This document shows, in pieces, positions 10,500 to 20,429 of a stretch of 64,000 bases of DNA. Made by a program: the position numbers and the translations under genes. This DNA comes from a bacterium (GTDB lineage: Bacteria > Hinthialibacterota > Hinthialibacteria > Hinthialibacterales > Hinthialibacteraceae). The notes beneath the pieces were generated by a model. The model ran no database searches. It was not told where the DNA came from and was given only the letters and a program-made list of their open reading frames with translations. The DNA lies in the NCBI GenBank assembly GCA_963663405.2, contig CAXXSM010000122.1:1-64000 (forward strand). Reading direction: 5' to 3'. Numbering within the stretch: position 1 is the first letter of the stretch; every line of letters begins with the position of its first letter.

Positions 10500-12665
10500 A
10501 TGAAAACAAAACAGTGGATCGTTCGAGCCTTTTTGATAACCATACTCATGAGCGCGCCATCCACCTATTGCGCGGAACAAAACGAATTATCCGTACTCTA
10601 CGGCTGGAACTGCTGGAACAACGCCCCCGCGTTTCTGATCCAACATTTTAACCAACAGGCTTTCGATTTACTGCAAATCAGAAAAGAATCAATCAAGCAA
10701 CTCAACACGGAAAATGATTGGCGTCTCCGCCAACAACAGGTCAAACAATTATTGAATCACATCATCGGCCCTTTCCCCGAACGGACTCCCCTCAATCCAC
10801 AAATCACCGGTGTGATCCAAAAAGACGGGTATCGGGTGGAAAAAATCATCTTTCAATCCATGCCCGAATTCTATGTGACCGGCTGTCTATTTCTTCCCGA
10901 TGACAGGCATGGCAAAACACCCGCGATCTTAAATCCCATTGGACATTCCGACGCGGCCTTCCGGCGGGAGATTTACCAGCAGGTGATTCTCAATCTAGTC
11001 AAGAAAGGTTTCATTGTATTTACGTTTGATCCTGTGAGTCAGGGCGAACGCCTCCAATATTACGATCCTGAACAAAAAAAATCTCTCGTAGGCGGATCGA
11101 CCGCCGAACATTCTTATTTTGGAAACCAATGTTTCTTGAATGGTATCTGCTCCGCTCGCTATTTCATTTGGGATGGAATGCGGGCTATTGATTATTTACT
11201 CACACGGGAAGAAGTCGATCCAAACCGGATCGCCGTAACCGGCCTCTCCGGTGGAGGGACGCAAACCGCTTATTTCTCCGCGATGGATGACCGAGTTGCC
11301 GTCGCCGCGCCAACCTGTTATATCACCAGTTTCAAACGTCTGCTCGAATCTATCGGTCCACAGGACGCAGAACAGAATTTTGTCCGTGGCATCGCCCTGG
11401 GGTTGGATCACGCGGATTTGATCGAAGTCCGCGCGCCCAAACCCACCTTACTCCTGGTCACAACCCGTGATTTTTTCAGTATCCAAGGCGCAAGAGAAAC
11501 ATACAAAGAAGCAAAGCGGGCGTTTAACGCCTATGGGAAAGGAAGCAACTTACAAATCGCCGAAGACGATTACACACACGGCTACACCAAAAAAAATAGG
11601 GAAGCCCTCTACACGTTCCTGCAAAACCATCTCAATCACCCCGGCGATTATAGGGATGAAGAAGTTGAATTCTTGACACCGGAAGAACTGACCATCACAG
11701 AAACAGGACAGATGCTGACATCCCTGCAAGGAAAACGCGTCTTCGACTACAACAAAATCGACACACAGCAAAACTTGAAGATATTGAATAAACAAAGAGA
11801 ACAACCGGTCAAACACATCCACAAAGTCCTGCGTGAAGCGCAGCGTATATCAGGTTTCTATAAACCACCATCCCATAGCCGGTCCGTCTTCACAGGCGGC
11901 GCGCAGAGAGAGAAATACCGGATCGAAAAATATGTGATCCACAGCGAAGGTCCATGCATCATTCCTTTACTGCTTTTCGTTCCGAAAACAAGCGGCCCTC
12001 ATCCATCCGTGATTTACATCGATCCAGACGGGAAAGATCATGCGTACGCGGAAAACCGATTGATTGAAAGCCTGTTGGAATTAAATTATATTGTCGCGGC
12101 GCCCGATCTTTCCGGCATAGGGGAACCCGGCGATTCACTTTCAGGGATCAAAGCGCCCTACACAGGATTGTTGATAGGCCGCAGCCTTCCCGGATTTCAC
12201 GCTGGTGAAATCATCCGCATCGCCAATTTCGTTCGTTCCTTAGAGCAAACAAATCCAGATCGATTAGCGTTGATCGCTCGATCCCACTTAGGCCCCGCCT
12301 TGCTCCACGCCGCGGCGTTCGATTCTTCCTTAGACCATATCGCCATTGTGGATTCAATCGATTCCTACGCGTCGATCGCCCTGAACGCAAGATACGAAAT
12401 CCCCTCCTGGTGCCATGTTCCAAGCGCGCTACCGGCATACGATCTCTCCGATCTCGCCGCCTGTCCCGCTCCCCGCTCTATGCTGTTCCTATCGCCTGTT
12501 GATTCACTTTTACAACCGGTAAACGAAGAAACATTTCAGAAAGAATACGCATTAGCGCTCCAATCAGCCAACAATCTATCTCTCGTTTGCGGCCCATTGG
12601 AAGAACCAGAAAAACTGACTTGTTTGATAGAATGGATTCAGAAGGAAATCAGCGCGGGAATGTAA
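10500..12665 (+). CDS. Acetylxylan-esterase-like protein with tandem alpha/beta-hydrolase domains, exported
   Basis: Signal peptide; GLSGGG nucleophile, APKP, HGY; second degenerate hydrolase domain. Confidence 0.75.
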   Translation: MKTKQWIVRAFLITILMSAPSTYCAEQNELSVLYGWNCWNNAPAFLIQHFNQQAFDLLQIRKESIKQLNTENDWRLRQQQVKQLLNHIIGPFPERTPLNPQITGVIQKDGYRVEKIIFQSMPEFYVTGCLFLPDDRHGKTPAILNPIGHSDAAFRREIYQQVILNLVKKGFIVFTFDPVSQGERLQYYDPEQKKSLVGGSTAEHSYFGNQCFLNGICSARYFIWDGMRAIDYLLTREEVDPNRIAVTGLSGGGTQTAYFSAMDDRVAVAAPTCYITSFKRLLESIGPQDAEQNFVRGIALGLDHADLIEVRAPKPTLLLVTTRDFFSIQGARETYKEAKRAFNAYGKGSNLQIAEDDYTHGYTKKNREALYTFLQNHLNHPGDYRDEEVEFLTPEELTITETGQMLTSLQGKRVFDYNKIDTQQNLKILNKQREQPVKHIHKVLREAQRISGFYKPPSHSRSVFTGGAQREKYRIEKYVIHSEGPCIIPLLLFVPKTSGPHPSVIYIDPDGKDHAYAENRLIESLLELNYIVAAPDLSGIGEPGDSLSGIKAPYTGLLIGRSLPGFHAGEIIRIANFVRSLEQTNPDRLALIARSHLGPALLHAAAFDSSLDHIAIVDSIDSYASIALNARYEIPSWCHVPSALPAYDLSDLAACPAPRSMLFLSPVDSLLQPVNEETFQKEYALALQSANNLSLVCGPLEEPEKLTCLIEWIQKEISAGM

Positions 12666-12672
12666 GTTTTCG

Positions 12673-15432
12673 CTAAAATGTAAAACGATAAATACCCGAT
12701 CCCAATCGTACAAACGTCAAACCATCTTGAATTCCAATCTCTTCAATCCCCATCACTTCATCCAATGATTGATCGCTTTCCCTAATCCTGTTCTGTTGCG
12801 CAGGGAAAAACACAGTTGAATGACTGTTCACCGGAACAGTCACATCCAATTCAATGTGTTCCCCATTGCGGCGCCATGCGCAGCGGATCGATCCATAGGG
12901 AGATTGATGTTCAACCGTGACCCAGTCCAGATCTGGAAAATAGTGGGGATGTACAACAAAATGCTTAAATCCAGGGGATGATGGATCCGCCTGCAAACCG
13001 CCGATATGTTTGAACATCCAAGCGCTGATATCGCCAAACATAATATGATTGCGCGACATACTGTCATCCCACTTCTGCCATAATGTATTCGCGCCCTTGC
13101 GAATCCAATCCCCCCAACTGGGAAACGTCGTTTGGGAAACAATCCGGTAGGCCACATCCGCGCGCTGATGTTTGACTAAGCCATTGATTAAAAACTTGGT
13201 TCCCACAACGCCCGTATCCAGATGATTATCCTGCCCTTCAATATTCTCCACAAGCTTAGCCAACACCCGGTCCCGATCGTTCGGCTCAGTGATTCCAAAA
13301 TAGAGTGGCGCGCTCTGCGCCGTCTGACTCCCGCTGGCGTACAGCCCCGTTTCATCATTTAGTAAATTTCGGTTATACGCCGCACGGATCGTTTCCGCCA
13401 ATTCTTCGTAACGCTTCACGTCATCAGTTCGTCCGAGTATTGCCGCCGTCCGGCTCACGATCTGAGCGATCTGATAGTAGAATCCTGTCGCAAAATCTCC
13501 AGGAGGAGTCTTCGTCCGCGCAGGCGCGTGATCGTCAATGCCAAAACGGATCAAGCCATCCTCCGCATGGCGGGTGAGATGATCCAGGTACCGGCAAAAT
13601 CCCGCGTAATTCTCCTCAAAAATCCGCGTGTCGCCTGTGTATACATAAACATACCAAGCAAGAATCACATACGCCCCTTCCCACTGTGGGCCATAGCCCA
13701 AGTCCCGGTACGGTCCTCTTCCAAGTTGATATCCCCACCCGCTCGTCGGCACAACACCCGGCAGATCCCCATCCTCCCGTTGTTCATCGGCGCAATCGCG
13801 AATCCACTTCGTATATGAAGCCGCCATATCGTAATTAAATAATCCGGTTTCTCCAACAAGGTGGGCGTCACCGGTCCAGCCGATCTTTTCCCGATGCGGG
13901 CAATCCGTCGGAATCCCATGATAATTGCCAATAAACGACCACCGTGTACACTCCTGGATACGGTTGAAGAGTTCCTTGCTGCAAGAAAACGAACCGGCGG
14001 ATGCGAAATCCGTATGCGACACTTTTGCGCGAAGCAGATCGAGTGAAGGAGCCTCTTTCAATCCACGCACTTCAACGTACTGGAATCCATGATAAACAAA
14101 ACGCGGCTCCCATACTTCAAGTCCGCTGCCTTTGCAAATGTAAGTATCCGTCTGCAGTTCACCCGACCGGATAAAACGGGCGATCTCCTTTTGCTGCACT
14201 GTCCCGTCCGGATACAGCCGTTCCCCTTGTTTCATACTAATCTTTGTACCAGCGGGAGCCTGCACGGAAAGTTGAAGTTTCCCCGCCAGATTCTGATCGA
14301 AATCATAAACCCACACACCCGGTTGAACCTTCGTGACCGATTTAGGCTTAAGAACGCATGTCACCCGTATGGGAGGAAGCGTTTGCGCCGAAAGAAGACC
14401 CCCTGGGCCGGAAACCTCCGCGGCGCTCTTCCATTTGGAATCATCAAAGCCTGCCTGATCCCATCCCGGTTGTTCCAACCGCGCGTCATAGGTTTCACCA
14501 TTGCGGATACCATCAAACACAATAGGCCCCGAACTCACTTTCCAAGATGAATCGCTTACAATCCGTTTCCGCGAACCATCTGTATATTCGAATTCCATCT
14601 GATACAACAGACGGGGCCGCGCCCGCCAAGGCGCTTGCCCAAATCCCCAAACCGCTTTGGTGTGCATGTTAAACCAGCCAGTGCCAAGTATGATACCCAC
14701 CGCATTGTCACCACTTCTTAAGTAATCTGTGATATCAAAACTCAGATAATACACGCGCCGGTCATACCGGGATTTCACAGGATCCAATTCGTGATCCCCA
14801 ACCTTCCGGCCATTCAGATACAATTCAAAATAGCCCAAACCGGTCACATAAGCCCGCGCCTGGCGAATCTTCCGCGTGATTTGAAATTCCCGCCGGAACA
14901 AGGGAGCCGGTTCAAGCGGTGGCGGAGACGCTTCCTCTCCCGAACAGGCGATCCATTGAGCGCTCCAATCCTCCGGTTCCAAAAGCGCCATCTCCCAAAA
15001 AGCAGGCGCGCTCCAATCCCCGGCGCGCCCCTGCGCGTCCCAAACTATGACCTTCCACCAACAGCGCTGCCGCGAGTGGAGCGGCTTCCCATCATAGGGC
15101 GTCAAGATAGATCGATCAGTCTCCACTTTCCCTGAATCCCAAAGATCCCCCTCCTCGCGATCCAGTTTCTCACGCGAGGACGCGACCAGAATCCGCCGGG
15201 CCGTCTGACGCTGCCCTCGTTCCCCCGATCGCGCCTGCAATATCCAAGACAAACGAGGCGATGCGATGTCTATCCCTAATGGATTTTCCAAATGTTCACA
15301 GCGCAACCGTTCCGGCGCCAGTTGCGCTTGCGAATAAGGAGAACATAAAACCGTAAAACCCACGATCGCTATAAAAAACATACATTGAGACCACTTTGTA
15401 TATCGTATACTTACATCATAGAAAAAAGACAT
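12673..15432 (-). CDS. Alpha-L-rhamnosidase (GH78)
   Basis: LRCEHLENPLGID, PTDCPHREKIGWTGD and SRNHIMFG motifs. Confidence 0.9.
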   Translation of the reverse strand: MSFFYDVSIRYTKWSQCMFFIAIVGFTVLCSPYSQAQLAPERLRCEHLENPLGIDIASPRLSWILQARSGERGQRQTARRILVASSREKLDREEGDLWDSGKVETDRSILTPYDGKPLHSRQRCWWKVIVWDAQGRAGDWSAPAFWEMALLEPEDWSAQWIACSGEEASPPPLEPAPLFRREFQITRKIRQARAYVTGLGYFELYLNGRKVGDHELDPVKSRYDRRVYYLSFDITDYLRSGDNAVGIILGTGWFNMHTKAVWGFGQAPWRARPRLLYQMEFEYTDGSRKRIVSDSSWKVSSGPIVFDGIRNGETYDARLEQPGWDQAGFDDSKWKSAAEVSGPGGLLSAQTLPPIRVTCVLKPKSVTKVQPGVWVYDFDQNLAGKLQLSVQAPAGTKISMKQGERLYPDGTVQQKEIARFIRSGELQTDTYICKGSGLEVWEPRFVYHGFQYVEVRGLKEAPSLDLLRAKVSHTDFASAGSFSCSKELFNRIQECTRWSFIGNYHGIPTDCPHREKIGWTGDAHLVGETGLFNYDMAASYTKWIRDCADEQREDGDLPGVVPTSGWGYQLGRGPYRDLGYGPQWEGAYVILAWYVYVYTGDTRIFEENYAGFCRYLDHLTRHAEDGLIRFGIDDHAPARTKTPPGDFATGFYYQIAQIVSRTAAILGRTDDVKRYEELAETIRAAYNRNLLNDETGLYASGSQTAQSAPLYFGITEPNDRDRVLAKLVENIEGQDNHLDTGVVGTKFLINGLVKHQRADVAYRIVSQTTFPSWGDWIRKGANTLWQKWDDSMSRNHIMFGDISAWMFKHIGGLQADPSSPGFKHFVVHPHYFPDLDWVTVEHQSPYGSIRCAWRRNGEHIELDVTVPVNSHSTVFFPAQQNRIRESDQSLDEVMGIEEIGIQDGLTFVRLGSGIYRFTF

Positions 15433-15537
15433 TTTACATTCCTATTTATGGTTCATCCGGTAAGTGAGCACTATTATTAAATGCTATTTATAATAAAATT
15501 GTACATCCCTCTATCCCCCGGATTGAAATCCTATCAA

Positions 15538-17079
15538 TTATACACATATTAATATGCGAAGAATTTCGGGATGTTCAAGGGCTTCGTGGATTAAAGGTTG
15601 ATGCTGGGAAAGCATATCGAAAACAGCCAGGAACTGCAGGAGTCCTCTCATGAGAATCGTCGGGCCGAGAGGATCGTTTCTCCGTCCAAGCCATCCCCCG
15701 GCTTTGGCGATGTAAGCAAGTAATCGCCAACGGAGATCGAGATCGGGATTATGAAGGTCTCGCGAAGCGTGTTTGAGTTTTTGGTATCCCTGTTCATCGA
15801 GATAGCCTCCAGACGGCAACCCAAGTTCCTCCTTCAGATGGAAAAGTGTCATCGCCGCCATGGTCAGTAGCACGAGCAATTTCGCCGTTTTCGTGGCATT
15901 ACAAAAGCGATGTTTTTCGATCCCATACCCGGACTTCAGCAATTTGAAGAAATCTTCAATCTTCCAGCGGAATTCATACAGGCGCCCGATATAGCGCAAC
16001 TGTTCCCAGGTAGCAACCGGCAAACTGGTAAAAAGCACCCAAAGAAGAGGTTCCACTCCGAGGGGAGGATCGGTCTCCCGTATGACGACTAGGTGGAGGT
16101 GGATCGGATGCGGGAGTTGGAAATAGCGGTGGTTGCGTTTGGCGGGTCGATAGAGACAGAGCGGCCACGATCCGATGGCCAAATGGGCCATGCGCGCCGC
16201 GTGGGCCGGATCCGTGACGCGCCCTCGCTTATCCAACGGGAGATTCTTATACGGTTGCAGCGGGACGGCCTCAACGAATCGTCCCAGATTCACACAGACC
16301 CATCCGGGTTGGAGAGCATGTCCCGCCTGTTGGTTCGTGAAAGCGTCCGGAGGAATCCACTCGGCGTGGGGGACTTGCACATTCCGGTTCGCCATGGAGC
16401 GAATGACGAAATCGGTGTGAGCCATCAGGCATTGATCTATGACGAAGATATCATCGAATTCCCGATCGGCGACGTGGATAACGTGGTAGTTTTGTAAGAG
16501 CGGAGAGAGGCCATTGACGTGAACCGCCATTTGGTGGCGGTGGTTTTCTTGAAGCGCCTGTTGTTCGTCCGGAGAGCCCCCTTCGAAGAGCCGCTCGTAG
16601 TCGTAATTCATCACCCCGGTATCGTCCGGGCCATTTTCATTGATCACCGTGTCATGCAGGACTCCAAGAAAGGCCGCCGAATGCGGATCAAGAGCCGCGC
16701 AACAGACGTACTCGTATCCCATCCCCCGATGATTCCCGATCAGGCGCCGATCCATCTTGGCGTTTTGTGTGGAGAAGTCCAACGGGCTCATATCATGGAC
16801 GACCATGATATCGCCCCCGTCCGGAACGGTGTCCAGGACCGTCTGCGCTCGAATTTGCCGGAGGGAATCGAGCGGAATCTTTTCATTGTTGGCGAAGCGG
16901 TAAAAGGAAGCGAGGTTGGCCATGGAACTCTCCCCCTTGCCGGCGGCTTGAGGAAGAGAGGTTCCGGGCGAATTCAATATCATTTCCAGTTGCCGCGCGA
17001 CACAGTCATTCTGCTTTTCATGTCCGAGGTCGGTGTGTTGTTTGGTCAAGTGAAGTAATTCTTCATGAGTGAGACTCAT
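15538..17079 (-). CDS. IS4-family DDE transposase (513 aa, start MSLTHEE)
   Basis: HD, DREFD and YEFRWKIEDFFKLLK (Y-2-R-3-E-6-K) motifs; IS50-like C-terminus IAKAGGWLGRRNDPLGPTILMRGL. Confidence 0.92.
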   Translation of the reverse strand: MSLTHEELLHLTKQHTDLGHEKQNDCVARQLEMILNSPGTSLPQAAGKGESSMANLASFYRFANNEKIPLDSLRQIRAQTVLDTVPDGGDIMVVHDMSPLDFSTQNAKMDRRLIGNHRGMGYEYVCCAALDPHSAAFLGVLHDTVINENGPDDTGVMNYDYERLFEGGSPDEQQALQENHRHQMAVHVNGLSPLLQNYHVIHVADREFDDIFVIDQCLMAHTDFVIRSMANRNVQVPHAEWIPPDAFTNQQAGHALQPGWVCVNLGRFVEAVPLQPYKNLPLDKRGRVTDPAHAARMAHLAIGSWPLCLYRPAKRNHRYFQLPHPIHLHLVVIRETDPPLGVEPLLWVLFTSLPVATWEQLRYIGRLYEFRWKIEDFFKLLKSGYGIEKHRFCNATKTAKLLVLLTMAAMTLFHLKEELGLPSGGYLDEQGYQKLKHASRDLHNPDLDLRWRLLAYIAKAGGWLGRRNDPLGPTILMRGLLQFLAVFDMLSQHQPLIHEALEHPEILRILICV

Positions 17080-17413
17080 CGAGCGCTCTCCCTTGCATGA
17101 GTTCGAGATTGATGGCAGTGATCCGGTCCACGATCTCTTGGAGACGGTGGTAGCTCTGAATGCCCTTTTGAACCGCGTCCACTTGCGTTTGGGGCACATA
17201 CACCTGCCGTTGGGCCTTGTTTCGGGTGACGACCACATAGATTCGCGGCCCATGCCGTTGGCCTTGATGGCATGAACAAGTGGACCGGGAACAAGTGGAA
17301 AACCGCTCAAGGTAAGAGCCTTTCAAGAGCCCAGAAAGCGAGGCCATTTCCTTGAGTAATTTCGTTCGTTCCCGTCGCAACGCAGCGATTTTTGAGGCCG
17401 ATAATTTTGTCAT
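17063..17413 (-). CDS. Small IS-associated protein, DUF6788-like (116 aa)
   Basis: LLKGS...CSRSTCSCHQGQRHGP motif; overlaps the transposase start; conserved in both IS copies. Confidence 0.75.
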   Translation of the reverse strand: MTKLSASKIAALRRERTKLLKEMASLSGLLKGSYLERFSTCSRSTCSCHQGQRHGPRIYVVVTRNKAQRQVYVPQTQVDAVQKGIQSYHRLQEIVDRITAINLELMQGRALDESHS

Positions 17414-17611
17414 GCTAGTAGTATAGCATATAAATAATATGCTATACAAGAGGAGAAAAAAAATTCCGCTGTTTGAGGTCAGCGAAATCTAAAAAATATG
17501 TGTATAATTGATAGGGTTGAAACCCTGGGCTATTTTCTTTTGTCCCTGCGGGACATTTGATTAGTTTACATTCAACTCGTTTCGAAATTTCTGGGAAAAA
17601 TACCATAACGA

Positions 17612-18577
17612 TTAGGCAATATATTCTTGGATTAATTTGATATTTTCGGGTGGGGTTTCGTAGGGGAGGCAGCCGGTTCCCATTAGGCAGTTGGGATGAT
17701 CGGCGGTGATGGAGAGGATGCGGTCGATCTCGCGGTAGATGCGATCCGGATTATCGCAGGCGACGATGGTGGGATCCATGTTGACGCGCACTCTCACTTC
17801 TGGATTCGCCGCGCCGGACCGGGCGACGAAGGATTTTTGATCGGTTTCGACGTTGCAGACAACGAATCCCGTTCCAGTGGAGAGGATGTCGTCAAGGATG
17901 TGGATTGTGTCACCTCCCATGATGCAAGGCACGGGATGACCGGCGGCCGCTTCGGCGACGGCGATGATTCGTTTAAGAGCGGGCAGTTCGATGTCGCGGA
18001 ATTGCTGGGGGGAGAGCATCGGCGGGGCGGCGGCGGATTCGAAAAAGGCGACGTCCAATCCTGCGTTGATGATCGCCTTGCAGAAGACGGATTGATTTTC
18101 GGCGATGCGCATGAGAAATTGCGCGGTCTCATCCGGAACCATCGCCACGTCCAAGCAGAGATTGTTGATTCCCCGCAGATTGAACGCGATGGAGAATGGT
18201 CCGCTAACGGGAATGCGGACATCGGCTTCGGGCAGCGCGTCCGCGAGCCGCTTTCCTACTTCGATCACCATCGCGATCCGTCCATCCGTTTGTGGATCGA
18301 AGGGCTCTAGCGAGAGGCCTTCTTCGAGCGTCTTAAAGACTGGTTCCTTAATCGCGGGGATGCAGTTTCCGTTCGGTTTTGGAATCACCGACCCATACGC
18401 TTCTGTTTCAAGGTTATAAATATCGATCCCCACAACAATCGGAGAATGACCATACCGCAAAAACGCGGCGCGATGACCTTCAAAAAGAAGATCCGGATCG
18501 CGCGACACATCCCACGGTGTGCGATCGACCATCCGGGCCGCATGTTCGTAGACGGAGGGGGAGAAGGGGATTTTCAT
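17612..18577 (-). CDS. Uroporphyrinogen decarboxylase / MtaA-CmuA-like family protein
   Basis: E-x-E-A-Y-G, GPFS, SPQQFRD...P and GC..ETPPEN motifs. Confidence 0.75.
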   Translation of the reverse strand: MKIPFSPSVYEHAARMVDRTPWDVSRDPDLLFEGHRAAFLRYGHSPIVVGIDIYNLETEAYGSVIPKPNGNCIPAIKEPVFKTLEEGLSLEPFDPQTDGRIAMVIEVGKRLADALPEADVRIPVSGPFSIAFNLRGINNLCLDVAMVPDETAQFLMRIAENQSVFCKAIINAGLDVAFFESAAAPPMLSPQQFRDIELPALKRIIAVAEAAAGHPVPCIMGGDTIHILDDILSTGTGFVVCNVETDQKSFVARSGAANPEVRVRVNMDPTIVACDNPDRIYREIDRILSITADHPNCLMGTGCLPYETPPENIKLIQEYIA

Positions 18578-18761
18578 TGGCGTTCCTTTTTTTGGGGGCT
18601 TTGTTTTTCTTTACTTTTTTATAGCGGTATTGGGAAAAATGCAAGGGTATAAATAGAAGACGGATCTTTCTCCTGCGTATAAACGGTTTAGATTTTTGAG
18701 AAAATAGTGATGTTTTGCGAGTTTTGTGTATTATTGTATGATTGATAGGTTCGGTGAATGA

Positions 18762-18906
18762 TTGTCTGAATCAGGATGGGCTGGATTTGCAGGATATTCA
18801 GGATGTGTAGTATCAATTTGTCATCGTTTATTGGAACGTGATATCGATGAAGATGGAGTAACATATCCTGGTCATCCTTTTATCCTGTATATCCTGATTC
18901 TGACAA
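18762..18906. repeat. 145-bp inverted-repeat element with periodic GGAT/ATCC arms; copy 1
   Basis: TTGTCTGAATCAGGAT(N5 GGAT)3 ... (ATCC N4-5)3 ATCCTGATTCTGACAA; direct repeat at 20012-20156 with 3 substitutions. Confidence 0.9.
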
Positions 18907-18922
18907 TAAGAAAGGAGCGATC

Positions 18923-19960
18923 GTGAGGGAAAACACTCTGTTCTTTTACTTTTTTATTGGATTGTTTGTTGTTTCTAGTGATGCTTATTCTCAGCAGGAG
19001 CCGATCTTACGGATTCCATCGCAAACATATGAGGGATTTTCAACGATAATTGATGGTATCGATCTTTCACCTGATGAATCAACGATTGCCATTGCCGGTG
19101 ATTTTAGTATGGCGTGTGATTTACAGACTGGTGAAATCATCAAAACTCTTAGCACAAATTTGTATGATCGAAACCATTCTGTTGACTACTCATCCGATGG
19201 GAAACTGTTAGCCTTGACAATATGGAATGGTGTAAGAGTTTTTGATACAGATCGTTTCGATATTCAGTATTCTTTACCTATGAAGCCAAATTCTTTCTCT
19301 GGTTTTCCAGGGAGTGTCGATATAACTTTTTATCCTGATGACAGTCTCCTCTTATTATCATGGTATGGTACACTTAACATTTGGGATTACAAGAATGTAA
19401 CTCTAGTGAAAACTCTGGATAATCCTAACAGTAACAGCGCTGGTGTAATTTTTATTGATGTTGACAACAATATTCAACTAGCAGGCTCTTCCATATTTAT
19501 AAATCTAGATACGGGTCTTGAAATCGATCCCGGTATTAAACCAGAGATTCTTGAAAAAACTTCGTTTAGCATATCTTATGATAGAGAATTCTTTATGACG
19601 AAGGAGACTACATACATAAATTCACAAAAAGACGGCAAGATTATCACTTTATATAATCGGGAAAGCCAAGAGGTAATATGGAGTTATACACATAACACAT
19701 ATGATATCATTGGATATGGCCTTTCTATGGATGGGAAATTGCTGGTTCTCGTTGAAGATTATCATGCACAAATCATTGATTTCTCATCTCCTGAATGTCC
19801 AAAGGTGGTAAGAACATATCCATTCGATAGAAGATATCAGATAAGAGGACTAAAAATAACTAAGGATGAGAAAAAATTAATTCTTGCAAATTTAACAGAA
19901 GTCTTGGTTTATGATATCAGCGACTTGAATACGTGTGTTGAAAATGCTGTTTTGCATTAG
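18923..19960 (+). CDS. Exported WD40/YVTN-like beta-propeller protein, AT-rich
   Basis: AAGGAG RBS and GTG start; signal peptide; SPD/SSDG/SMDGK blade motifs; ends NTCVENAVLH. Confidence 0.8.
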   Translation: MRENTLFFYFFIGLFVVSSDAYSQQEPILRIPSQTYEGFSTIIDGIDLSPDESTIAIAGDFSMACDLQTGEIIKTLSTNLYDRNHSVDYSSDGKLLALTIWNGVRVFDTDRFDIQYSLPMKPNSFSGFPGSVDITFYPDDSLLLLSWYGTLNIWDYKNVTLVKTLDNPNSNSAGVIFIDVDNNIQLAGSSIFINLDTGLEIDPGIKPEILEKTSFSISYDREFFMTKETTYINSQKDGKIITLYNRESQEVIWSYTHNTYDIIGYGLSMDGKLLVLVEDYHAQIIDFSSPECPKVVRTYPFDRRYQIRGLKITKDEKKLILANLTEVLVYDISDLNTCVENAVLH

Positions 19961-20011
19961 GTTTTCTGCTGGTTTTGGGTAGTGAGTAACTTACTTTTAG
20001 GCATGTCTTGA

Positions 20012-20156
20012 TTGTCTGAATCAGGATGGGCTGGATTTGCAGGATATTCAGGATGTGTAGTATCAATTTGTCATCGTTTATTGGAACGTGATATCGATGA
20101 AGGTGGAGTAACATATCCTGGTCATCCTTTCATCCTGTGTATCCTGATTCTGACAA
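20012..20156. repeat. 145-bp inverted-repeat element; copy 2
   Basis: Direct repeat of 18762-18906 at an offset of 1250 bp. Confidence 0.9.
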
Positions 20157-20429
20157 TAAGAAAGAAACGATCGTGAGAAAAAACACTCTGTTCTTTCATT
20201 CTGTCATTGGACTGTTCATCGTATCTATCAACGCACATTCTCAACAGGAGCCGATTGTACGAATTTTACCGCATCCTTCTGATCCAGCAACGATTAATCG
20301 AATTGACATTTCACCCGATGAAACAATGATTGCAATTGCCGGTGACTATGATGTGATATATGATTTGCGGACTGGAGAATTGGTTAAATTTCTTTATTTC
20401 CCTGGAAGATATCCAGGGCGTTCAATTGA

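Larger units (their letters stand above)
15531..17514 (-). mobile_element. IS4-family (IS50/Tn5-like) insertion sequence, 1984 bp, two ORFs; copy 1
   Basis: Perfect 20-bp terminal inverted repeats CTATCAATTATACACATATT; near-identical inverted copy at 44152-46135. Confidence 0.93.

Noticed and set aside
18762-20156. Direct repeats as a CRISPR array or integron attC sites
   Set aside because: Only two 145-bp units 1250 bp apart, no cas or intI gene, and no RYYYAAC/GTTRRRY ends
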